Positions 51,040-60,337 of a stretch of DNA of 64,000 nucleotides are shown one piece after another. Position numbers and translations under genes: made by a program. Position 1 is the stretch's first letter; each line of letters starts with the position of its first letter. The stretch lies in the NCBI GenBank assembly GCA_963748015.1, contig CAVVHE010000008.1, forward strand, positions 801,285 through 865,284, read 5' to 3'. The notes beneath the pieces are model-generated. The model ran no database searches, had not been told where the DNA came from, and worked only from the letters and a program-made list of their open reading frames with translations. The stretch comes from Terriglobia bacterium. GTDB taxonomy: Bacteria > Acidobacteriota > Polarisedimenticolia > Polarisedimenticolales > JAIQFR01.

Positions 51040-51843
51040 TCACGAGTTGTTCTCCGGTCCGAGGTACAGACGGGTCAGCTCGCTCTCGAGGTACTCGAAT
51101 GCCTCGCCTGGCGAGTCGGCGACCTGAAAGAGCTCGACGTCTTCCGCGGAAATGGTCCCCCACCGCATGAGGGCGTCGAAGCGGAGCACGTCGTTCCAGT
51201 ATTCCCTGCCGTAGAGCACGATCGGCATCCGCTTGCCGATCTTCCGCGTCTGGACGAGGGTCAGCAGCTCGAACAGCTCGTCGAGCGTGCCGAAGCCCCC
51301 CGGAAACACCACCAGCGCCTTGGCGAGGTAGACGAACCAGAACTTCCTCATGAAGAAGTAGTGGAACTCGAACGCCAGCTCGCGGGTGATGTGGGTGTTA
51401 TTGCTCGGCTCCGAGGGGAGGCTGATACCGAGGCCGATCGAGATTCCCGCCGCTTCCGAGGCGCCGCGGTTCGCCGCTTCCATGATCCCCGGACCGCCGC
51501 CCGAGCAGACGATGAACCTGCGGTTCGGCGCCGAGAGCCCCTTCGACCACTCGGTCATCCGGCGCGCGAGCGTCCTGGCGTCCTCGTAGTATCTGGAGAA
51601 GGAGAGCGCCTTGCGGGCGGCGTCGATCTGGTCCTTGTCGGAGGACGATTCCGCCTCCCGGACGGCCTCTTCGGCGCGTTCGGCGGACATCGCGCGGGCC
51701 GAGCCGAAGAACACCACGGTGTCCTTGATCCGGTAGCGCAGGAACCTCGCCTGCGGCTCGAGATACTCGCTCAGGATCCGGAGCGTCCGGGCCTCCTTGC
51801 TGTTCAGGAACTCGAGGTTGTCGTACGCCTTTTCCACGGTCAT
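51040..51843 (-). CDS. LOG family / TIGR00730 Rossmann-fold nucleotide-binding protein
   Basis: Track ORF 51040..51987. Start ATG 51843 (MTVEKAYDNLEFL...). VCSGGGPGIMEAANRGA and PGGFGTLDELFE are the LOG motifs. Confidence 0.88.
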   Translation of the reverse strand: MTVEKAYDNLEFLNSKEARTLRILSEYLEPQARFLRYRIKDTVVFFGSARAMSAERAEEAVREAESSSDKDQIDAARKALSFSRYYEDARTLARRMTEWSKGLSAPNRRFIVCSGGGPGIMEAANRGASEAAGISIGLGISLPSEPSNNTHITRELAFEFHYFFMRKFWFVYLAKALVVFPGGFGTLDELFELLTLVQTRKIGKRMPIVLYGREYWNDVLRFDALMRWGTISAEDVELFQVADSPGEAFEYLESELTRLYLGPENNS

Positions 51844-52024
51844 CGCGATTCCCCCTCTTCCCCTCGGACCGCAGCGAAACACAATGTAGCAGCAATGCGC
51901 GGGCGCGCCCCGCACCCTGGCTGAAAAGAAGAGGAGCGGGACCGGTCGCCCACGCATCCTCGAGCGAAACGACCGCGCGGGCCCCACGGCGAATTCCGTC
52001 CCGACCCCGCTCGCGCGCTCCCGG

Positions 52025-52936
52025 CTACGCGGGGGCGGAGCGGACGGACGAGCGCTGAACGAGCGCGACGCCCGCCAGCACCAGCGCCCCGCCGAGCAGG
52101 ACCGTCGGGCCGGCCGACTCGCCGATCCAGACGGCCGCGACGGCGACGGTGACGAGCGGCTGGACGTACTGGAAGGACGAAAGGGTGCCCGCCTCGAGGC
52201 GCGCGAGCGCGGCGGCCCAGACGAGGTACCCCACCCCGGTGCAGCCGGCGCCCAGGAAGACCAGCGCGGCCCACGCTTCGAGCGGAAGGTGCAGGAGCTC
52301 CGACGGGCTCCCCGCGAGGAGCCACGCCGGGACGGTGATCGCCGTTCCCACCGCGATCGCCCGGAGCGTGAGCGGGAGCGAGCTCCGGCGGACCATGAGG
52401 CCGCGGGCGACGAGCGTGTAGGTCGCCCAGTTCAGGGAGGAGAGGAGGATCAGGAAGTCGCCCTTCGTCGAGGGGAGACGGAGCGCCGCGGCTCCCGCCC
52501 CGCCCCCGATCACGACGATCGCTCCGGTGAAGCCCAGGACGACCCCGGCGGTCTTGAGGCGCGGGAAGCGCTCCCTCAGGAAGATCGCCGCCAGGACCGC
52601 GGTGAACACCGGGTTCAGCGCGATCAGCCATCCCGAGTGCACCGCGGAGGTGAACGTCAGGGCGAACGCCTGGAGCGTGAGGTGGACGGGGAGCCCGATG
52701 ACGCCGAGCAACGCGATCTTGAGGCCGTCCCCGGGCCGCGCCGACTCCGCCCGGGCGGAGCGCGCGAACGGGGATGCCGCACAGAGGACGAGCAGCCCGA
52801 GCACCGAGCGCACCGCGACGAGGCCGAGCGGCGTGATCGAGCGAAGCGCCACCTTCGCCGCGACGAAGGACGAGCCCCACAGGAGGACCGCGGCCGCCGC
52901 GCAGAGATAGGCCGGCCAGCGCCTCGAGACGCTCAA
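52025..52936 (-). CDS. DMT superfamily (EamA-like) transporter
   Basis: 303 aa with ten TM helices. LLWGSSFVAAK... EamA repeat pattern. Confidence 0.85.
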   Translation of the reverse strand: MSVSRRWPAYLCAAAAVLLWGSSFVAAKVALRSITPLGLVAVRSVLGLLVLCAASPFARSARAESARPGDGLKIALLGVIGLPVHLTLQAFALTFTSAVHSGWLIALNPVFTAVLAAIFLRERFPRLKTAGVVLGFTGAIVVIGGGAGAAALRLPSTKGDFLILLSSLNWATYTLVARGLMVRRSSLPLTLRAIAVGTAITVPAWLLAGSPSELLHLPLEAWAALVFLGAGCTGVGYLVWAAALARLEAGTLSSFQYVQPLVTVAVAAVWIGESAGPTVLLGGALVLAGVALVQRSSVRSAPA

Positions 52937-52955
52937 GGCTCTCTCGGTGCGCCCG

Positions 52956-54251
52956 TCAACTTTCTTCCGGCGGGCGTTCGATTGGAACGGGCGGAGGCGG
53001 GTCAGGAGGCATCGCGTCCGGCAAGGGCGCCCCGCCGCCCGCCGGAGGCGGCCCGGCGGGCGTCACGGCCGCCGCCCTTCTCGCCCGCCTCCAGTCGCGC
53101 GTCCCCAGGACCATCGCGCCGAGACCGAGGAACGCGCAGGCGAACCAGAGGATCCAGCCGAGGGTCGGTATCGCGAACAGCACGTACAGCGCGATGGTTC
53201 CGGCGGCGAATGCGACGTACTGCGACGGCTCGGGCCGACCGAGCTTCAGGAACAGCCAGCGCCCCGCCGCGACGGCAACCGGCACCTTGGCGAGGTACAC
53301 GGCGAGCGCGTACAGGAGGAGCACGGCCAGCGCGAGCGGGATCGTGACGATCAGGATGCACGAAAGGACCGCCGCCACCGGAACGACGATGAAGGCCAGG
53401 AACCCGACGCCGAGGTTCCGGAGCACGTCGCCCCGGGTTGCCGCCAGGACGGCCTCCCCGGGTTTCCGCGCCAGCGCGAGCGCGCCCAATCCGGTGAGCA
53501 GGCCCAGCAGGAGCGAGGTGAACCACCAGGCGAAGCCGCCGACGAACGAGCGCCGGTTCTCCATGCGGACGTGATTCCTTACTTCTCGCTCGACCCGGCC
53601 TTGAACCATGCGCTGCACGTCCTCGGGCACCGGGACGCGCGACTGGTGGGACAGGTTGCCGGCGATCTTGGCCTTCTCGTCGATCTTGACGACATCGGCC
53701 TCGAGCGACGCGTCCTTCCCGACGGTCCCCGAAAGCTCGATCTGGCCGCCCTGCGCGGAGAGGTCGCCGCCGATCGCGCCGTGGAGACCGATCTGCCCCG
53801 CATAGACGTCGACGTCCCCGCCGATGGTCGAGCCGGAGCGCGCCTCCACCGTCCCGCACTTCGCGTCGAAGTCCTTCCCCACGCTTCCCGCGATGACGCA
53901 CTCCGCCCCTTTCGCGTCCACCTCGCCCGTCACCTTGCCGGTGACCGTCACGTTGTTGCCGATGAACTTGACGTTCCCGGTGACCTCGCCGGAGACGTCG
54001 AGAGTCCCTCCGAACACCCAGAGGTTGCCATCCTGCTTTCCGGCGATCGTCACGGTCGCCTTGAACAGCTTGAGGTTTCCGTGGTGGGTCTTGCCGGCGG
54101 GAAGCGTGTAGTTCCCTCCGAGATCGGAGAACCCGGGGTCGTCCTGGGGCCTGGCGGCGAGCGGCAGCGCCAGGATCCCCGCCAGAAGGACGCCCGCCGT
54201 CCACACGGTAGCGCGTCGCAATCGCCGTCCGGCTATCCGTTGTCTGGCCAT
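52956..54251 (-). CDS. Membrane-anchored polymer-forming (bactofilin-like beta-helix repeat) protein with C-terminal 4-5 TM domain
   Basis: 431 aa. The N-terminal signal/anchor is followed by repetitive G(N/D/E)(L/V)...GG beta-helix turns (VSGEVTGNVKFIGNNVTVTGKVTGEVDAKGAECVIAGSVGKDFDAKCGTVE...). Then comes a polytopic hydrophobic domain and a Pro-rich tail. Confidence 0.7.
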   Translation of the reverse strand: MARQRIAGRRLRRATVWTAGVLLAGILALPLAARPQDDPGFSDLGGNYTLPAGKTHHGNLKLFKATVTIAGKQDGNLWVFGGTLDVSGEVTGNVKFIGNNVTVTGKVTGEVDAKGAECVIAGSVGKDFDAKCGTVEARSGSTIGGDVDVYAGQIGLHGAIGGDLSAQGGQIELSGTVGKDASLEADVVKIDEKAKIAGNLSHQSRVPVPEDVQRMVQGRVEREVRNHVRMENRRSFVGGFAWWFTSLLLGLLTGLGALALARKPGEAVLAATRGDVLRNLGVGFLAFIVVPVAAVLSCILIVTIPLALAVLLLYALAVYLAKVPVAVAAGRWLFLKLGRPEPSQYVAFAAGTIALYVLFAIPTLGWILWFACAFLGLGAMVLGTRDWRRARRAAAVTPAGPPPAGGGAPLPDAMPPDPPPPVPIERPPEES

Positions 54252-54480
54252 GGTCCTGTCCTCCCGATGACAGTGTTGGGGCGGTTCCGCGCCGTCGTCA
54301 ATGGCTCAGGCGGCCGGCGGTCGGATTCCGCGGGTGAGCGGTCGTCACCACCCGGCCGCCGGGACCTCGAATTCGGCCGGAACGGGCCAGCCTCGGCTTG
54401 CTCGTCCTCGGGAGCAAGCATCCTCGGCGGCTCGAAATGCCGCCTGCGGAGGCTTGCACCCTCGTCCTCGCGATGGACAG

Positions 54481-55278
54481 CTACCAGGGGATGAGCTCGC
54501 GGAGGCGGCGGGCCTGGCGGCGGGAGAGGGGCACGGTGCTGCGCGCGGCGTCGCGGATCACGATGCGGAAGGTGCCGGCGTCGCCCGGGAGGATCTCGGC
54601 GATCGTCGAGAGGTTGACGAGGTACGCGCGGTGCGTGCGGAAGAACGACGGGCCGAGGAGGCTCTCGAGCTCGGCGAGCGGGCGCTCGACGAGGAATCGT
54701 CCCTCGGCGGTGCGGGCGAAGACGAGGACGTCCTCGGCCTCGAACCAGAACACGTCGGCGGGGTCGAGGAGCACGATCTTCGCGCCCCGTCGCCCCGGGA
54801 TCTTGAGCGGTCCCGCTTCGCGGGGAGGTGGGGGCGGCGCCGCGGCCTGCTCGGGGCGGGGGAGCCCGGCGCGAATCTCCTCGAGGACCCGGAGCAGGTC
54901 GGAGGTGGGAGGTTCCTGCTGGCGAAGCGCCTCGCGCGCGCGATCGAGGGCCGCGGCGAAGCGGCGGCGGTCGAACGGCTTCAGCAGGTAGTCGAGGGAG
55001 TTGACCTCGAACGCGCGCACGGCATATTGATCGAACGCGGTCGTGAAGATGACGCGCGGCACGTGCTTCGCGCGGCGCAGGACCTCGAAACCGTCGGCCT
55101 CGGGCATCTGCACGTCCAGGAAGCAAAGCTCCGGCCGCTCGCGATCGAGCAGGGCCACGGCGGAGGGTCCGTCCGCCGCCTCGCCGACCACGGCGACGTC
55201 CGGGTGGTCCGCGAGCAGGCGGCGGACCCGGTCGCGCGCCGGCTTCTCGTCGTCGACGATGACGGCGCGGATCTTCAT
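54481..55278 (-). CDS. LytR/AlgR-family response regulator (REC + LytTR)
   Basis: Track ORF 54481..55419. Start ATG 55278 (MKIRAVIVDDEKPARDRV..., phospho-acceptor context CFLDVQMPEADG). LytTR C-terminus (...FFRTHRAYLVNL...). Its ATG overlaps the kinase TGA (ATGA). Confidence 0.9.
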   Translation of the reverse strand: MKIRAVIVDDEKPARDRVRRLLADHPDVAVVGEAADGPSAVALLDRERPELCFLDVQMPEADGFEVLRRAKHVPRVIFTTAFDQYAVRAFEVNSLDYLLKPFDRRRFAAALDRAREALRQQEPPTSDLLRVLEEIRAGLPRPEQAAAPPPPPREAGPLKIPGRRGAKIVLLDPADVFWFEAEDVLVFARTAEGRFLVERPLAELESLLGPSFFRTHRAYLVNLSTIAEILPGDAGTFRIVIRDAARSTVPLSRRQARRLRELIPW

Positions 55279-56402
55279 CGGGCAGCGGCCTCCTGCAGGC
55301 CGACCGCCGGCGGGAGGCCGGCCGCGGTCCTCGGAGAGGCGGGCATCGTGACCCTCGCGATCGTTCCGCGCCCGCCGGGTCCCGCGTGGAGGTCGAGCGA
55401 CGCGCTTCCGAGGTAGCACGCGGCGAGCCGCTGGCTCACGTTCGACAGCCCGTGTCCTTCGCGGAGAAGGGCCGGGCCGGCGTCGCGGAGCCCGGCGCCG
55501 TCATCCTCGACCTCGACCGAGAGCGTTCCGTCGCGGACGGCCGCCCGGATGACCACCGTCCCGCCGGAGCGGACCGGCGCGATGCCGTGGCCGACCGCGT
55601 TCTCGACCAAGGGCTGCAGGACGAGGCCGGGGAGGCGCGCCGCCCGCGCTTCGGGCTCGACCTCCCAGACGACCCGGAGGCGGTCGCCGAAGCGCGCGCG
55701 CTCGATGTCGAGATAACCGGCGACGAACTCCAGCTCGTCGGAGAGGGGAACGGGCCCCGCGTCGGCGACCCGGAACGTGTAGCGGAACAGGTCGGCGAGC
55801 GTCTGGACCACCTCGTCCGCCTTGTCCGGGTCCTCTTCGAGGAGCGACGAGATCGTGTTGAGCGTGTTGAAGAAGAAGTGCGGGTTGATCCGCGCCTGCA
55901 GGGCCGAAAGCTCGGCGCGGGCCGCTGCCTCCTTGAGCCGGGCCTCCACGAGGCGGACCTCCTCGACCTCGCGCAGCGTCTCCTCGAGCCGCCACCGCAG
56001 CGTGTCGTAGGCGTGCACCATCCCGCCGACCACCAGCGCGAGGAGGCCGTTGATCGCCCCGATCGCGAGCGTCTGGCGCAGGTCCCGCAGGACGAAAAGC
56101 GGGAAGAAGTACAGGACCACCGCGGTGCCGGCAATGGAGCCGGAAAGGAGCGCCAGCCCCAGCAGCGCGACCCGCGAGGCCGGGGCGAGACCGCGCAGCC
56201 GCGGGAACAGGAAGACCGATGCGATCAGCACCGTGAAGCCGACGACGTTGCCGAACAGGATGCTGATCCAGAGGAGCGTCGGCTCGAATCCCCCCGCGCG
56301 GAACGCGCCGACCGCCAGTCCGGTCGCGGTGCCGGCCGCGGTGTTGCTCGCGGCCCAGAGAAGGACCTGCAGGGCGGGGGGAAAGCCGTCCCGGCGCGTC
56401 AT
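55275..56402 (-). CDS. LytS/YehU-type sensor histidine kinase (membrane sensor + His_kinase + HATPase_c)
   Basis: C-terminal 375 aa of track ORF 55275..57527. ATG 56402 overlaps the PP2C TGA (ATGA). Motifs: H-box LQARINPHFFFNTLNTI, N-box LVLQPLVENAVGHG, G-box VEDDGAGL...GHGLSNV. The N-terminal ~150 aa are polytopic. Confidence 0.88.
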   Translation of the reverse strand: MTRRDGFPPALQVLLWAASNTAAGTATGLAVGAFRAGGFEPTLLWISILFGNVVGFTVLIASVFLFPRLRGLAPASRVALLGLALLSGSIAGTAVVLYFFPLFVLRDLRQTLAIGAINGLLALVVGGMVHAYDTLRWRLEETLREVEEVRLVEARLKEAAARAELSALQARINPHFFFNTLNTISSLLEEDPDKADEVVQTLADLFRYTFRVADAGPVPLSDELEFVAGYLDIERARFGDRLRVVWEVEPEARAARLPGLVLQPLVENAVGHGIAPVRSGGTVVIRAAVRDGTLSVEVEDDGAGLRDAGPALLREGHGLSNVSQRLAACYLGSASLDLHAGPGGRGTIARVTMPASPRTAAGLPPAVGLQEAAAR

Positions 56403-57682
56403 GTGGCGCGGGCGAGGACCAGCGTGACGTCGTCGTGGGGGGAGCGCCCGCCGCGCCAGCGGGTCACCTCGTCGAGGACGGTCCCGACGATTTCCTCGAG
56501 ATTGCGCTCGCGGTGGTCGGCGAGTATGCCGACAAGCCTCTCCTCGCCGAACTCCTGATCCTCCGAGTTCGGGGACTCGATGACCCCGTCGGTGAACAGC
56601 GCGAGGAGGTCCCCCTCCTGCAGGACGCACTGCCCCTCGCCATAGCGCGCTTCCCCGAGGAGGCCGATCGGGAGCCCGCCGTCGGTCAGGCGCGTGGTGC
56701 CGTTCTTGCCGAGGATCAGGGGAGGGAAGTGCCCGGCATTGCTGTACGTGAGCGTCCGGGACAGGCCGTTGTAGTGGCCGAAGAACATCGTCGCGTAGCG
56801 CGCGGCCGAGGTGGATCGAAGGAGCAGCTCGTTCAGGCGGCGCATGATCTCGCTCGGGCCGAGCGCCGGCAGCGCGATGCTCCGGACCGAGGCCTGCAGC
56901 CCGGCCATCAGGAGCGCCGCGGGGATTCCCTTCCCGGAGACGTCGGCGATGACGAGGCCCACGCGATCCTCGGCGAACGGCAGGAAATCGTAGAGATCTC
57001 CCCCCACGCCGACCGCCGGCAGGCACGCCCCGGCAAGCTGCAGCCCCCGCACTTGAGGGACGGAGCGCGGGAGGAGCTCTCGCTGCACCTCGCGCGCGAT
57101 GGCGAGCTCGCGCTCCATGGCCTCCTTCTCGCGCAGGACGCGGTACGACTCCTCGATCTGCCGGCGCATCGAGTCGTAGGTGTGCAGCGCGATCCCGACG
57201 ATCACCGCGAACGCCGCGTTGAGCAGTACGAGCACCGCGACGGTCTTCGGCCGCGCGAGGGAGTACAGGGGCTGGGACGCCAGGATCGCGACCGAGCCGA
57301 ACACGGTGCCGGACAGCAGCGTGAGTACCTGGAGGGCGATGCGAACCGCGAACGGAAGCCGGGCATAGTACGGGAAAACGAGGCGCGCGGACGCCAGCGA
57401 GGTGAACCCTACGACCTCGGCGAACAGCACGCTTTGACGAAGGAGCGGGAAGAAGTCGGGCGCGCCGCGGGTGTACGCGATCCCCGCGCCCACCACCGCG
57501 CCGATCGCGGCCCACCCCACGGCCCATGCCACGAGGAATCGGTAAGGAGATGCCCCGGCCGGCTCGAGGCCGGTCGCGGCGAGCGCCGAGGACACGAGGC
57601 TCGACGGCTTCTCCGCGCCGGAGGAGCCGGGGAGCGCTTGAGCCGCCTCGGTCATGCGATTCTCCCTGACGCCGGTCTCCAC
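56399..57682 (-). CDS. PP2C-family (SpoIIE-like) Ser/Thr phosphatase with N-terminal polytopic membrane domain
   Basis: 427 aa with a GTG start (alternative ATG 57655). PP2C blocks: VGGDLYDF, VIADVSGKGIPAALLMA, LFTDGVIES, DDVTLV. Confidence 0.88.
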   Translation of the reverse strand: METGVRENRMTEAAQALPGSSGAEKPSSLVSSALAATGLEPAGASPYRFLVAWAVGWAAIGAVVGAGIAYTRGAPDFFPLLRQSVLFAEVVGFTSLASARLVFPYYARLPFAVRIALQVLTLLSGTVFGSVAILASQPLYSLARPKTVAVLVLLNAAFAVIVGIALHTYDSMRRQIEESYRVLREKEAMERELAIAREVQRELLPRSVPQVRGLQLAGACLPAVGVGGDLYDFLPFAEDRVGLVIADVSGKGIPAALLMAGLQASVRSIALPALGPSEIMRRLNELLLRSTSAARYATMFFGHYNGLSRTLTYSNAGHFPPLILGKNGTTRLTDGGLPIGLLGEARYGEGQCVLQEGDLLALFTDGVIESPNSEDQEFGEERLVGILADHRERNLEEIVGTVLDEVTRWRGGRSPHDDVTLVLARAT

Positions 57683-57722
57683 ATGCTCATGATACGCTCG
57701 ACGACGCCCAATGGCTTCGTCC

Positions 57723-57736
57723 GCATACTAGTATGC
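57723..57736. promoter_or_regulatory. Perfect 14-bp AT-rich palindrome upstream of the PP2C operon (candidate operator)
   Basis: GCATACTAGTATGC at 57723-57736, 41 nt upstream of the GTG at 57682, in otherwise GC-rich DNA. Confidence 0.4.
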
Positions 57737-57862
57737 CGGCGGGTGGATCGGCACCCGAATCCGGTCGATGCGGAACCCCGACGTTGCTCCGACCGCGGCC
57801 CACCCGGGTTGCTGCCGCGGCCAGGCGTGGCTCGCCTTCGGACTTGGGACAGCCGCCCCGTC

Positions 57863-58573
57863 CTAGTTCAGCCCGGAGCCGCCCTCCTCGGGAGTGCGAA
57901 GCGCCTTGAGGCGAAGGACGCGCTCGAGGATCTCGTCGAGCATCCCCGACGCGCGCCGCTGCCGGGCGAACAGGTCGTCCTCCTCGAGGAGCGATTGCCG
58001 CTTCGCGGGGTCCACGGGGAGGTTCGCGCAGGCGCCGTTGACCGCGGTCTCGAAGGGAATCCGCTCGTCCAGCACCGCACCCCCCTCGGGGCGGTCGGCC
58101 AGCTCGCGAATCAGGCAACCGTGGGAGGCGAGGAGGGACAGCTTAGCGGAGCGGACTTCCGGGTCTGCGTCGTCCACGGGGGACTCCGCCAGGGGACGCA
58201 CGCGGACCAGCCGGTACGGGGCGGACCGGACGACCTCCCCGAAGCGGACCCGCTGCAGGCCGACGAGGCGTAGATTGAACTTCCCTCCGGGGAGGGGCTC
58301 GAGGTCCTCGATCCGGCCGACGGTGCCGGTGTCGTGGAACGAGGGACTCCCCGCGTAGTCCTCCTCCCAGCCCGGCCTCAAGAGCGCGATCGCGATCAGC
58401 CCTTCGCCGGCCGTCGCGTCCCGGACCATCGTCCGGTAGCGCGGTTCGAAGACGTGGAGGGGAAGGACCGTCCGGGGGAACAAGACGACGCCGGGGAGCG
58501 GAAAGACGGGCACGACTCCGGATGCGGAGACGCACTCGGGCTCGGACCGGGCGGGGTGCCGCGAACCCTTCAT
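57863..58573 (-). CDS. LON N-terminal substrate-binding domain protein (no ATPase/protease domains)
   Basis: 236 aa. VPVFPLPGVVLFPRTVLPLHVFEPRYRTMV is the LON-N signature. Confidence 0.85.
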   Translation of the reverse strand: MKGSRHPARSEPECVSASGVVPVFPLPGVVLFPRTVLPLHVFEPRYRTMVRDATAGEGLIAIALLRPGWEEDYAGSPSFHDTGTVGRIEDLEPLPGGKFNLRLVGLQRVRFGEVVRSAPYRLVRVRPLAESPVDDADPEVRSAKLSLLASHGCLIRELADRPEGGAVLDERIPFETAVNGACANLPVDPAKRQSLLEEDDLFARQRRASGMLDEILERVLRLKALRTPEEGGSGLN

Positions 58574-58580
58574 GCCGGGA

Positions 58581-59495
58581 TCATATCTCTTGGGGCTTGC
58601 GCGCGATGATGCCCGAGACGGCGCGTGCGGGACGGCCGGGAACGGCCGGCTCGACCTCCTCGCGCAGGCGCAGGATCTCCCAGTCGTCGAACACCCGCTT
58701 CAGCTCTCCCGGTTTCAACAGGTGGGCGGGGTTCGCCGGCCGGCCGAAACGCGGTTGCTCGGTCGTGAAGGTCTGGTACACGACGACGCCGCCGGGCTTG
58801 AGACCGTCGCGGATGTCGTTGAACAGGGGGCGATGGAGGTAGTTGAACACCGCGACGACGTCGTAGGTCTCGAGGGGGATGATGTAGGTCCCGTCCTCGA
58901 CGTTTCCCACGATGCCTCGGATCGGCGCGCCGAGCTTGCGCGCGGCCGTCCGGGCCCGCCGGACCGCGTCGGGGTCCACGTCCACGCCGTCCACGTCGAA
59001 GCCGCGCGTCGCGAGGTAGATCGCGTTGCGCCCCTCGCCCATCGCGATGTCGAGCGCGAGTCCCTTCGGGAGAAGCTGGAAGTTCTCGATCAGGAACCGC
59101 TCCGGAGCGATCGGGTGAACCTGCCGCCCGTTTCCCTCCATGCCCGTGGCGACGGGGCCGGGCCAAGCCTCGATCCCGCCCTCTAGGTTGAACAGCGACC
59201 GCAGGCCCTGCTCCGCGAGGAACTGGCAGGCCGACGCGGAGCGGATCCCGTACTCGCAGACGACCGCGACCGGGACGCCGCTGTTCGGCACCTCGCTCGC
59301 GCGGGTGTCGAGCTCCTGCAGCGGGATCAGGACGGAGCCGGGGATGTGCTTCGCCTCGAACTCGGTCTCGGTTCGCACGTCGAGAACAGCCAGGGACTCG
59401 CCCATCGCGAGCTTCCGGTAGAGCTCGTCTCCCCCGATGGCTTCCCAGCGCGAATCACGAGACAACGTCGGCACCCCCGAAACGTCCGCCTGCAA
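58581..59495 (-). CDS. Rhodanese domain fused to a class I SAM-dependent methyltransferase (TehB-like)
   Basis: Rhodanese: LAVLDVRTETEFEAKHIPGSVLIP ... the active-site loop VVCEYGIRSA ... LEGGIEAW. MTase: ALDIAMGEGRNAIYLATRGFDVDGVDVD ..., LKPGGVVV. The start is uncertain (TTG 59495 or GTG 59474). Confidence 0.75.
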   Translation of the reverse strand: MQADVSGVPTLSRDSRWEAIGGDELYRKLAMGESLAVLDVRTETEFEAKHIPGSVLIPLQELDTRASEVPNSGVPVAVVCEYGIRSASACQFLAEQGLRSLFNLEGGIEAWPGPVATGMEGNGRQVHPIAPERFLIENFQLLPKGLALDIAMGEGRNAIYLATRGFDVDGVDVDPDAVRRARTAARKLGAPIRGIVGNVEDGTYIIPLETYDVVAVFNYLHRPLFNDIRDGLKPGGVVVYQTFTTEQPRFGRPANPAHLLKPGELKRVFDDWEILRLREEVEPAVPGRPARAVSGIIARKPQEI

Positions 59496-59629
59496 TATAG
59501 CGAATCGCTCCCGGGGACGCCCCTCCGCCTGGCCCGTTCAGACCAGCGCTAACGCAAGTTCTTATAGAAGGAGGGGGGCGGCAACCGTAAGGTGCGGAGT
59601 CGGTGGGGAACTCCTCACGGTGGGTGACG

Positions 59630-60337
59630 TTACGCGCGTTTGCCGTCCCCCTCCTTGGCAACCGCGGAGCGGCTGGGCCACGGGCAGTCGGGGCGAAGGC
59701 CGCAGCGGTCGCAGGCGGGTTTCCTCGCGGCGCAGACGCGCCGCCCGTGCCAGATCAGCGCGTGGGAAGAGGGCGTCCACTCGTTTTCGGGCAGGATCTC
59801 CATCAGATCGCGCTCGATCTTGTCGGGATCCGTCTCGGTGGTCAAGCCGAGCCGCTCCGCGAGGCGCCCGACGTGCGTGTCCACGGTGATCGCCGGGCGG
59901 CCGAACCAGGTGCCGAGGAGCACGTTGGCGGTCTTCCTGCCGACTCCCGGCAGGAGGATCAGCTCTTCCATGCGTTCGGGGACCCGGCCGCCGTGGCGCT
60001 CGACCAGCGCCTTTCCGAGCCCCGCGAGCGACCTCGCCTTGTTCCTGAAGAAGCCGGTGCTGCGGATCGCTTCCTCCAGCGCCGCGAGGTCGGCGCGCGC
60101 GTAGGCCCCGGCGTCCGGGTACCGGCGGAACAGGTCCGGCGTGACCCGGTTGACCCGCTCGTCGGTGCACTGCGCGGAGAGGATCGTCGCGACGAGAAGC
60201 TCCAGCGGGGTGCGGTGGGTCAACGCGCACGTCGCGTCGGGGTAGAGGCGATGGAGCCCCTCGACGATTCTCGCCGCCCGCGCCTTCCTCGCCGGGGCGG
60301 GTTCACTCCTTGCCGCCACGTCCGCCTCCCTTGCCAC
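59630..60337 (-). CDS. nth: Endonuclease III
   Basis: 235 aa. LVATILSAQCTDERVN, LPGVGRKTANVLL, VDTHVGR, and the C-terminal 4Fe-4S cluster C-x6-C-x2-C-x5-C (CAARKPACDRCGLRPDC). Confidence 0.93.
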   Translation of the reverse strand: MAREADVAARSEPAPARKARAARIVEGLHRLYPDATCALTHRTPLELLVATILSAQCTDERVNRVTPDLFRRYPDAGAYARADLAALEEAIRSTGFFRNKARSLAGLGKALVERHGGRVPERMEELILLPGVGRKTANVLLGTWFGRPAITVDTHVGRLAERLGLTTETDPDKIERDLMEILPENEWTPSSHALIWHGRRVCAARKPACDRCGLRPDCPWPSRSAVAKEGDGKRA

